Assembly: GCF_039654945.1 (NCBI RefSeq)
Contig: NW_027361687.1
Coordinates: forward strand, 23,312,001 to 23,376,000
Source of the DNA: Dendrobates tinctorius
Taxonomy: Eukaryota
DNA: 64,000 bases
Direction of reading: 5' to 3'
Under the pieces are notes generated by a model. The model worked only from the letters and a program-made list of their open reading frames with translations, made no database searches and was not told where the DNA came from. A program made the translations under genes and the position numbers. Within the stretch, counting starts at the first letter, position 1. Every line of letters begins with the position of its first letter. Shown here one piece after another: positions 47,901 through 59,900 of the stretch.

Positions 47901-50900
47901 AATTTATTTAAATGTACTTAAATGCATGTATTTTGGGCTAAAAAAGTTTTTTTGCAATTGGGTTTCATTAAAAATATTGCAACATTAGCCTTCTATAGCC
48001 TCTGTACTGCACTGTTTGTTGCTAGCTGCAGAATGAGTTAACTGAGAAAATGTCAGTGAGCTGATTCAGATACTCCCCCTTGTCTTTTTCAGAGCTCCTC
48101 TCATTTGATGATTTTCATAGAATCGTAGGGTTGGAAGGGACCTCCTGGGCCATGTGGTCCAACCCCCTGCTCAAAGCAGGATTCGCTAAATCATCCCAGT
48201 CAGATGAGAATAAAGATGATCCTTCTACAATGTGACAGCCCTTTAGATATTTGTAGACAGCTATTAAGTCTCCTCTCAGTCTTCTCTTTTGCAAACTAAA
48301 CATTCCCAAATCCTGCAACCTTTCCTCATAAGACAGGGTTTGCAGACCGGTCACCATTCTGGTCGCTCTTTTCTGAACTTGCTCCAGTTTGAGCACAGAT
48401 CACATCAAAGTTGAATGTATAGAACAAAAGGCGCCTCTAAAAGCAAAAAACTGTGCATATTTTTTATGGAACCCAATTACAAAAGTTATTTTGAGCCCCA
48501 AATACGAACATTTAAGAAAATATGGGGGGGGACCTTTAACAGTTCATCCCCATAGAGGTGGCAAAGGCTTAGGCTTCCATCAGAGAAAGCAGCATGAAGG
48601 GGACAGGCACGTTGTGCAATAAACTGCACTATGTGATGTTCTGTACAAGGAACAACTGCAGGATTGTCATCATTCCTGGATTATACAAATCTGGATATGA
48701 AGGAATTTCAGAGCATTTTAAACATTTCATGTAGGAGTCTACTGTAAATTCACACAGTATATACAGACACGGAGTAAATTTAACATGTACTTTTGTTTGA
48801 AAGTACCTCGAGCATCCGGGTCACAATTTTGATCTATGGCTACCTCATCTTTCAGTTGGCTGAGCAGGTCGTCAACTTTTTGCGTCTGGCTTCTGACATC
48901 AGGTGGTTGATGTTGCTACAAAATTGAAAAAAAAAGGTATAAGAAAAAAAAAAAAAACCCATTAAACATATGAAAAATAAATGCAATTAAATAAAATTGA
49001 AAGCGTTTAATCATCTACTGTCTGCTTCCCTCAGAGGCACCAAAACTTCTGGTGGAATATCCCAAACAGGTTCCTCATGCAGGGAAGGAGACACAAACTC
49101 CAATCACAGTTACTGATGATTATTACACAGGCCTTACAAACGGTTCTAATGAACCTATAATGTAGACTATTTATGATATCTTAGCTGATTTATAAAATAT
49201 ACCGTACAATGAAAGATAATTCTTCTGTCCTCCCGCTACAGTGCTGACTGACTGATTTAATGTTTAGCACAGATCTACTAAGAGGAACTCAGGAGGCAGA
49301 GATACAAAAGCATCATCTTCAGCTCTTTCAGAAATTTTTCAGACAACTATAACCTATAAGATGAACTACATTATGGTCCTATATCAGAAAAACATTCCTA
49401 CCGGCTTGGTTGCTGTAGAAGGCAGTGTCCTCCCTTGTAGCGCAGCCAGCCGATCCTCCATCTCTTGTAAGGAAGGGGCACGCGCTTGGGTTTCCCTCCG
49501 TAAAGCCTCCATCCTGGACTCTATTTCAGCCACGGAGGCGACAGCTTCTATAACATGTGAAGAGAGTATATCTGTCATATGTAGGCAAACTGTGCTATGA
49601 CTGTTAGTCTGAAAATTGTCCTCAAATTTTACTTCACAGCAATTATTCATTCTAACTGCAAATTTACTGATGAAAGCATTATTGTGTGCATCGCAGGAAG
49701 AAACAGGAAAAAAAGATCACAACCTGTTTCAGCCATGTCCCACTAATCAGCTACCATGCTTTCTGGCTTTTACCATTCGAAAAGGATAGCAGAGTTGTAT
49801 TTTTTTTTTCTTTTTTTTTTTTTATTAAAAGGGATGTGGGGGGGGGGGAGGGGTTGTTCTTTTGGGGATGGAAAGGGATGTAGTAAAAAACAAAGGAAAG
49901 AGTCAGCTCACCTGCTCTTAAGTCCAGTGCTCGGAAAGCCTGCAGTGCTGCAGGAAATTGCAATCATGTAAAAAAAAAAAAAAATGAAAAAAATAATCCA
50001 GCATCCAAAGGACTCCATAGAAGCACTTAGTACACTATTTTCCAATTTAAAAAAAACTGGAATGTCACAACCCCATGGCGGGAAAAATGGATAGATATAC
50101 GCGTTTTTGACCGTCCGGGTATGCATATGCAATGATTAAAGTCTGAAACACGTCAGTCTATCCATTTTTCCCGCCATGGGGTTTGTGACATTCCAGTTGA
50201 ACTGTTTTTTTTAAATTGGAAAGAAGGCTAGTAAGTGCTTCTATGGAGTCCTTTGGATGCTGGATTTTTTTTTTTTTTTTTTTTTTAACAAGAAAGGAAT
50301 GTAGGGTGTTCTATTCTTTTAATAGGGAGGGGTAGGGGGTGTATTTTTTATAGGGTGGCAGGGGGTGTATTTTTTTTTTTTTTTTTTTATAAATCCTTTT
50401 TATTGAGTTTTCAAAAACATAAAAGTACAAAAGTCAAACATTAGTGGTAAATCTCAAAAGTGGCGTCACATATACCCGCTTAATATGGACATTACAGAAC
50501 CACTTATAAAAATTGCCAAATATCACAACAGTAACTCCCACCCCTTTCCCCCTTCCCTCTAATTTATTCAAGTGATGCTTTCTGAATAAATGAACTTTAC
50601 ACATCGTGATATGGTTCTCCCTCCACTTTCCCCTGGTTCATGGCCATGAATCTACCCCTAACCTCAAGCCTCCCAGCGTGCCCTGCAGGTCCTCTAGGTT
50701 GTACCAGGATGTGTTCCGGAAGGGTGAAACCAGGTCATGAATATCATCTCTGGAGAGTTGTTGTAAAATAAAATCTTTCCATTTTGAGAAAAATTGTCGT
50801 CTTAGTGTCTTTGTCGCTCTCTGCTTCTATTTTCTCTAGAGTCATTACCCGCTTTAGTTCTACCAGCAACTGACGGAGACCCGGTGTGTTCCCATCCAAC

Positions 50901-53900
50901 CATTGCCTTAAAATAAGTCTTTTGCACAAGATTGCAACTGTGTGCAATAGCTGAGTGTTTGACTTGGTCAACCTTAAATCAGTGCTCTTACGGAAAATCC
51001 ATAACATTTTGTCTAGTGGAAGGTGTATGTTCATCAAACCGCCCACCCAGTTTTTTACCTCCTCCCACTGAGTATGTACGAGATCTCATTCCCATATACC
51101 GTGGAACATCTCTGTCCTGGAGGTATCACATTTTGGGCAAGCCTGTCGCCTTTCCTTGTGAGTTTGTGTAACCGGCAGATTGAAGCCCAATATGGCTCTG
51201 TGCATCATTCGGTGTCTCCTAGAGCAGGACTATGTCACCACGTAATCTTTTTAAATGCCCGAGTACCAAGGACCTTTTTTCTGGGGTCTTGAGACCCTTA
51301 ACATTCCATGCTATGATCTTAGCCATTCATGATAGTGATGTGTCTCAATAACAAGCGATGTCTGTGTATAAAGTATTGGGTGGGATAGCCAAAGTCCGCC
51401 CTCAGATGTGTTGTGAGAAGTGAACCAAAACTTTACGAAAGCATCTAAGGTACTACAGCACATATCAAGCCAAACCCAACTGGTCCCCAAACTGAATACC
51501 CCAACATGGGAAACATTTTCAACATCTCCTTCCCCATCTGTCGCTCCCCCTCTCGTCATGTGTATCACTAGTACTTCCATTTTTTCCCCCCCATCATGGC
51601 CCTCCACTACCTTCCGACCAACTTGACAAAGTTACAGTACCGGCTACAAAAAAAAAAAAAAAAAAAAAAAAGCATTGGAACCATAAAAGACATAAAAATT
51701 GGAAACGGATAGATTGCAATCAGCATATATCTACGTGTCCGGATGAGCATGCTGTGACAACTCTCAAAAGTTCGCGAGACCTTCTCCACTTTCGAGCAAT
51801 CACACGACGATTAAAGTATAGCATCACCAAACAACGTCAGTGAGACCCTTCTGTTTGGAGTTGACCTTGTAGAAAAGCCTTCATGATGGAACTCTAATGT
51901 CTTCAGGCGATCTGGCCAGCTGTTGCTGTCCTCACTTTCTCTCTCTCCTCGTCGCAGTGTCCATTGGGAGATCTCGTGGAAGATGGCATGAACTCCCTCG
52001 TAGCTTCGCTGGAGTCCCTCCAAATTTTAAAGAAGCCGTCCGTGTGTCTCGTTTGGAGAACAGCAGAGTAAAATAGCTGGAACTGAATGCCTTTCTTGTA
52101 GCGGAGGCTGCAGACCTCACTGAAGGCCCTGCGTTTTTTAGTAACTCATGGCGAAAAGTCCTCAAAGATGACAACCTTATGTCCCTGAAGTATGAGTGGT
52201 TGTCGCCTGGCTCTAAAAAGGTGCAGAATTTTATCCTTATCCTTAAATTCCAAATATTTTGCAATAGCTTGACGGGGTTTCTGGGTGCGTTGGTCGTCGC
52301 GTCCCGCTCCACACAGACCAGTGTCTCTCGACGAGCTCCCATGAGGTGGGCCCACCCTGTGCACGCTTTCCACCTTGCACTTGTCTTGTACTCCTAGGGC
52401 TTTAGGTAGTTCTTGATCAAAAATGTCATTGAGTTGCTAATATGTGACAGATTCGGGCAGCCCCACTAACCGCAAGTTATTTCTTCGGGACCTATTTTCT
52501 AGGTCCTCAAGTTTGTCCCTCAGCCAAGTGCCCTGTTTCAGGGACGCCTCCAGCTCCTGTTCAAGTTGGATTGTCCTATCCTCCATATCAGACACCCTTT
52601 GCTCCAGATGCTCCAGCCTGCGCTGATATTTTGTGGATCTCTTCTAGGGCATCTTTTACTGCCTCCTTCACTGCGGTTTTTATATCCCCCCCATGAGATA
52701 TCAGGCCACCTCACTTGCCAGCTCCCAGCAGTCTCCCTGTATAAGCGTCCCTGTCACAGGGTCCCCCCCGCCTGGTGATTCCGGCCTGCGGTCTCCTTTG
52801 GGGCTTATGCAGGTTCCCCCTGCCTTTCCCCGCTCTAACCTGGTTGTTTTCAACTGCGCCTCCGGGTTTCCCTTGCTCTTGTGCTTCCCGCTTTGTGGCA
52901 CTGCTGCAGCCACCGCCATCTTGGGGATCTCTCCTGTCTTCTTACGTGCTCCCGCAGCTCTGCTCCCGCCGCCTGTGCTTCGGAGCCAGCGGTCCACGGT
53001 GCCCCCGGTATACAATGATGTCAGCGGTCACCTCTCCTGTGAGTAGTGCGCGCCAGTGGTCCATTTGAGTCGCTCGTTATCAAGCTGGAGCACGGAGCTC
53101 CCTCACCCCGCTGCAGCCATGCTGGAGCCGGAACTCGTATTTTTTTTTTTTTTTTTTTAATAGGTAGGGGGTGAATTTTTTTATTGGGAGGTAGGGGGTG
53201 AATTTTTTTTTTTTATACAGAGGTAGGGGGTGTATTTTTTTTTTTATACGGAGGTAGGGGACGTATTTTTTTATAGGGATGTAGGGCTGCATTATTCTTT
53301 TTTTAGTATGAAAACAGTATAAAGACAAACAATTGAGAAACTAATAATCCTGCATTTCGATACATTAACTCTTTATTTGGCACCTATGTCAGAGATTTTT
53401 ATGCCTTCTCTTCTGGTAAATACGTGACTATTTATGCATGGAAACTCTGGCCCATTCCTTGCACCTCATATATATAGGTCAGGATACTCTGACTTTCAGA
53501 CAACTTTTCTATGCATTTTTTGCTTTTAATTAAAGCAGTAAGCTTCAATGCAAAATTGCATGAAGGCACCCATGATTATAAAGTGCTGGGTGGCTTATAC
53601 AGTTAGGGCCTCATTTATCAAAAAGTGTCTTGGTTACCCATAGCATCTAATCACAGCGAAGCTTTCATTTCATAAACTGCTGTGGGAAAATGAAAGCAGA
53701 ACTGTGATTGGTTGCTATGGGTAACAAATTGCGTTTTCCTTTTAGGCCCCTTGAATATCTGCCTAGTTTCTACTTTTTCAGATAAGACAAAATAAGTACT
53801 GTATGTAACATGGATCTTAAAACTGAAGGACTGTCAAACCTGTGTCCTAGAAGTGAAAGAGTTAATTATGCAGATTTTACTCATTGATTTTGTCAAAATA

Positions 53901-56900
53901 TGTCATTTTGTTAACATAGCACTTACAAATAATTAGATTTAAGTATGTAAGCCTACTCACTAGGTTTAGTGTCCTGTTTGAGTTTTGCCAGTCTTTCCGT
54001 AATCGCTTGGTCTTCTGGTGACAAACCCTGATACCTGGTATTGTTTCCAGCATGTAAGGCCCCTTCACCTCTTTGCGTGTCTTTTTGCTGACTTTGCTTG
54101 GCTTCCAAGGCTGCTATCCTCCTGAAATAAAGACAGTTTTTAATCGACAACATATATAACAGAAAAGGAAGGAGAAAAAAAAAAAAAAAAAGACTGACCT
54201 GACTACCCCTATCCTACACCACTAGGATAAGGGAACCCAGCAGCCCCACCGACCATGACTAAAGACCCCGCCAGGGCCTCAGCAAAATCGGTCAATGCCT
54301 GGTATGCCACGTAAAGCTGCCAGACACCCTTTGTGGACCCTGTACATCGAGGGTCATAAGAGATGAGCAGTCACCCCTCCTCTCAGAGATGAGATCCCTG
54401 ATACGTGAGGAAGTCCAGGCCTCCATGTCCAGCCTCTCACGGCAGCAGCCCCCCAGCCCAGGGCCGAGCCGCAAGCGACCAAGGTGGGAGGCAGAACCAG
54501 AGTCCAAACCAAGCTCCATAGACGGTTCCGACTTCCGGGACTCTGATCCAGAGGAGGCAGGAGAGATCCCAGCAGACAGCCAGGATCGGGGCAGAAAATA
54601 TCTGTTTATGTCAGAGGACACAGACGAGTTGGTCTAGGCTGTGAGGAACACTATGCAAATCGAGGAAGTTCCCAAGCCACAATCTAGACAGGACCTGATG
54701 TTCGGGGGACTCACATCTCAGAGACAGACAGTGTTCCCTATAAGCGAACATATCAAAGCGATGGTCCTAAATGAATGGAAAGATGCGGAACGTAGACTTG
54801 TACTGTCCCGGGATTTTAAGGGTCGACTGCCTTTCGATCCTGAGGAAACACGATTATGAGAAGAGGTCCCGAAAAATCGATGTTCCTGTAGCCAAGGTCA
54901 CCAAGAAGACCGCCATTCCGTTTGAAGACTCATCAAGCCTCCGTGACCCAATGGACAGAAAGGTGGACATTCTCTTAAAAAGAACATGGGAGACTTCTGC
55001 AGCTCTTATTAGAGCTAACATAGCAGCCACCTCAGTGGCCAGATCTATGTTCCTGTGGATGGGGCAGTTGAAGGAACATCTGACCAACAAGACCCCTAGA
55101 TCCGAGATCCTAGCATCTCTTCCCCTCATGAAGTCGGCCACGGCGTTCCTATCAGACACGTCGGCCGAATCAGTAAGATTCGCGGCTAAGAACAGCTCCC
55201 TGTCTAATGCAGCACGGAAAGCAGTCTGGCTTAAATCCTGGTTGGGGTATAACGCTTCAAAGGCCAAACTATGCTCCATCCCCTTCTCGGGCCTAAGGGT
55301 GTTCGGGCCAGCCCTAGATACCATCCTAGAGCTAGTTTCCAACAAAAACAAAAGTTTTTCCAGAGGAAAAACCAAAACGGCCCCAGTCCTTTCGGAGAGG
55401 ATTCTTCTCTAGGAGACAGCCCGAAGCCAGGGCAGGTCCAACAGAGGCTCCTACAGGAGCTCCCACAGCCAGGGTGGGAGAAACAAGGGCTCCCTTTTCG
55501 CGTCAACCTCCAGATCTAGGAGGCAATGACGCCATAGGTATCGGGGGCAGACTTCGCCACTTCGCAAAAAAGTGGGCCCAAGTTACCCACAACCAGTGGA
55601 TCCTGAGAACCATTGCAGAGGGTTACAGCATAGTGGTTTGCTCCACTCCCCCCAACAGATATATTTCCCCATCGTAGTCCCGTCAGAATCCGCCATGTGG
55701 ACAGACCTACAAGACATGGTCAGCTAGGCGGTTATAGTACCAGTTCCTCTGACAGAGATGGGCAAGGGACACTACTCTTCCCTGTTCTCCATTGCAAATC
55801 CATCCTGCGAGGCCAGAACTATTATAAATTTAAAACCTTTAAGTGCCTGGGTCAGGTACACAAGGTTCCAGATGGAATCAATTTGGTCAGCAATACATCT
55901 AATAGACCGGGACACTGTCAAGTGCACCCTGGACCTGAAGAGTGCTTACTATCAGGTCCCGATCCATCCCTCATCCCAGAGACTGCTAAGGTTCGCAATC
56001 AGACTACCGACCCAATCCTGCCACTTCCAGTTCCAATGCCTCCCATTCGGACTGGCGTCGGCCCCTCGAATCTTCACAAAGCTGGTAGCGGAGGTAGTGG
56101 CCTACCTGAGAAGCCAAGGAATCGTGATTTTACCAAACTTAGACGATTTCCTCCTGGTGGCAGGATCCAAAGAAGCGCTCATTCGAGACAGAAACCGAAC
56201 AGTCACAGTAATGGAGTTCCTCGGCTGGGTTATCAACTGGCAGAAGTCAGACCTGATACCAGAGAGCAGGAAGGTCTTCCTTGGAGTTCTCCTAGACTCA
56301 GGAGACAGGATATCCCTGCTACCAAAGGAAAAGCAGGAGACAATTCAAGAGAAAGTCAAAGACCTCCTGAAGCACCACGCCTCCATAAGAGAGACAATGA
56401 AGGTCCTGGGCCTAATGACGGCATACATTCTGTGGGTCAGATGCGCTCAGTTACATTCGAGACTCTTACAAAAGGAGATCCTCGCAATATGGGACTGGCA
56501 TCAGTCTTCACTCGACAAACCCATAAAATTGCCAGGGCTGGTGAAGAGATCACTGCGGTGGTGGACACAGCCCAAAAACCTGCAGGTGGGCCTACTACGG
56601 ACCACCTCTCCATACGTGGTAGTCACCACAGACGCCAGCACATGGGGATGGGGAGCCCACGTAGAAGGGAAGATCTTTCAAGGAAGATGGCCAGAAGACA
56701 TCAGGAACAAATCCTCCAACTTCAGGGAACTTTATGCGGTCTGGGAAACCCTAAGGCGAAACCGGACTATCCTGAAGAATCAACATGTCCGAATATTGTC
56801 CGAAAACGTAACAGCGGTTTCTTTCCTGAAGCACCAGGGAGGTCCCAGACAGACATCGACCGCTCCAAGGCCTAGCGGAGAGAATATTCCCTGGGCAGAG

Positions 56901-59900
56901 GGAACAATCCTCTCAGTAATCACAATTCACCTGGAGGGTTCCCAGAACGTGGTAGTGGACTACCTAAGCAGACAGCAGGTCTGCCTGACATGGTGGGAGC
57001 TTAACAAGGAGATATTCCACCAACTGTGTCAGCGTTGGGGGACCCCCAGAATAAACCTATTCGCAAACCGAAAAAAACTCAAAGGTCTCCAGATTCTACT
57101 CCCTAAACTTGGCGGACCACCCGGAAGGCAAAGATGCCCTGAACCAGGTCTGGGAAGAACACCTCTCTTACGCGTTCCCACCATTGGCACTCATTCCAGC
57201 GGTACTCCGGAAGATCCGCGAGGACCGCACGAAGGTGATTATGGTCGTCCCATACTGGCCGAGAAGAAGCTGGTTTCCCCTACTGGGGGCCATGGCAGTG
57301 GAAAGCCCAGTCGAGCTCCCTCTAAAGAAGGATGTCATCCACCAGGGCCCGATCCACCACCCGAATCCAGCAAGACTTCACCTCTCAGCTTGGATCCTGA
57401 AAGGGACATCCTGAAGGCAAAGGGCTTATCAGATCAGGCCATATCTACCCTACAGGCCAGCAGGAAGCCGGTTACATCTGCAATACACCGGAAGATATGG
57501 AATAGGTTCTGTCTGGAGGGTGGCAGGTTCAACTTCGTGGCGGGTACCCCTGACCTCCCTAGCGTCCTAAACTTCTTACAGTCGGGGTTTAATAAAGACC
57601 TTAAGCTCAGCACTTTAAAAGGTCCAGATTTCGACCCTGAGCTCCTTCCTTGATTACCCTTTAGCTTCTCATCCTTGGGTAGCAAGATTCATAAGGGCCA
57701 CGCAATGTCTACGCCCTACGATCAGGCAGCTCACCCCGCCTTGGGACCTTAGCTTGGTCCTCAGATCTCTATGTAGGAATCCCTACGTCCCCAGTAAAGA
57801 GATGTCCATCTCAAATCTCACTCGGAAAACTGCCTTTCTCGTAGCCTTCACTACGGCTAAAAGAATAGGCCCTGTCCACCAGAGACCCATATCTCCAAAT
57901 CAGAGAAAACCATATAATCCTGAGATTAGAACCGGCATTTATTCCAAAGGTAGCCTCTTGCCAAAATTTAAACCAGGAGATAGTGTTACCATCCTTTTGT
58001 GACAACCCCCGTAATGAGAAGGAACAGAGTCTCCACTCGCTGGATGTGAAACGGGCTGTTATAGACTACCTAGAGGCCACCAATAGTTGGCGTATGGACC
58101 CAAACCTGTTCATCCTTTTAGGGGGTAAAAACAATGGGAAAAAAAGCAAGATGGATTACTACAGTAATCTCAAACACCTACCAATCTGAAGGCGCCAATC
58201 CGCCAGATACTCTAAAGGCCCACTCTGCAAGGGCAGTATCGGCCTCTTGGGCTAAGCGAGTGGGCGCCTCGGTGGATCAAATCTGTAGAGCAGCAACCTG
58301 GGCCAGACTTGACATTCTGCAAGCACTACAAGCTTGATGTGCTATCTGGTCAACAGATTGCATTTGGGAGAAATGTTCTCCAGGCAGTAATCCCACCCTG
58401 AGGAGGTGCTTTGGTACTCTCTATGGTGCTGTCAGGTGGACGTCCTGGAAAATAGGTATTAGACCTAGCGGTAATGAGGTTTCCAGGAGTCCATCCTGAC
58501 AGCACGGGCAGTTCCCTCCCTGTTCATGTTATGTCATATGCTGTAATATGATTTTGCCATTAAAGTGTTATTTGCATTATCCACGCTTTTAACCTCTCGT
58601 GTGTTTTCCTGTCCCTGTAAGGAGGAGAAGGACGTCCTCCATGGTGCTGTCAGGATGGACTCCTGGAAACATCATTACCGGTAGGTCTAATTCCTATTTT
58701 TAAAAAGCTAAAATCTTAGCATGTATGCAGTTTTGAAACAAAAATATGAATGATACAATATTTGAAGAAAAATTTTTCCAGACCGGGGGGGGGGAATCAC
58801 CTGCAGCATTGCAGATTTTCTCCTGTATGAGACCAGCATCACAATAGTGAAAAAGAAAAAAAAAAAAAAAAAATCAGAATGCAGGCTGCATTGGAGAGAC
58901 GAGCCACCAATATCAAATTCTCATGGAAAAAAAAAAAAAAAAAAAGAAAGGAGAGCGGCAGAGAGTCGGCTTATTTTACACCATTATGAGCTTTTAGCAT
59001 GGACAACCCATTTACACTATTTCAGTTTAAAGGTCTGATGCTACGAAAAAAGAAAATGTCTAACTTACTTCTTGTAATTCTCTGGTGGGGACCACTTTGA
59101 TGCATCGTTCCTTGGTGCCACTGCACTATAAAACATAACAGTTGGTGAGTGGGACATTCCAACAGCAATACTTCTATGACTTTGTGACGCTTGTAAATGT
59201 AATTTCTCACAGACAAGCCGTGAGGCAGGGGAGTCAAGGAGTCCGGGGTCAAATACCAAGAGAGTTTGTCATAAACAGAGGGGCAAGGCGATGGACTAAA
59301 CAGGTCACAGTCCGAGGTCAGAATTCCAGGGAGGTAGGGGATTCAAACAAAAGGGGCTAGGCAAACGGATGATCAAAGGCAAGATCCAAGGTCCAGCAGC
59401 AAAAGATCAGAATAGCAAAGCACTAGAGAACAAGGCAGACTCACCACCGAGCTAAAGCTATGACTGGCAAGGATCTAACCATTGTCAGCTAACTAAATAG
59501 CCAGGCAATCATTCAGAACAGGAAACACCTGGATGGATCCCTGACCTAAACGGGCTGGTGCGCTGCCAGTCACAATAATGACAACCCAGCACGAACCTAC
59601 CACTGATTGGTCGGCTGGGCTGAAACGCAATACCGACAGCCCAGCATTCCCCTGCATTCTATAGGGCGGCTTAACTATCACTGACTGCGTCTCTAGGACC
59701 TTGTGAATGACAGGACCTGGATTGGATCCAAATCATCATCCATATCAATGTTAGCTGACACGTTTCTAAAAAAATAACAACCAGCGCAAATAACAGAGGA
59801 GGTGGAGCTTAACATTTAGGTCTCTTAGAGCACTGGGGGGAGGCTCCTGCTGCAGCAAAGCTCAGAATTCTGGGGGGGGGGGGGGGTTTATGGGTGAGAT

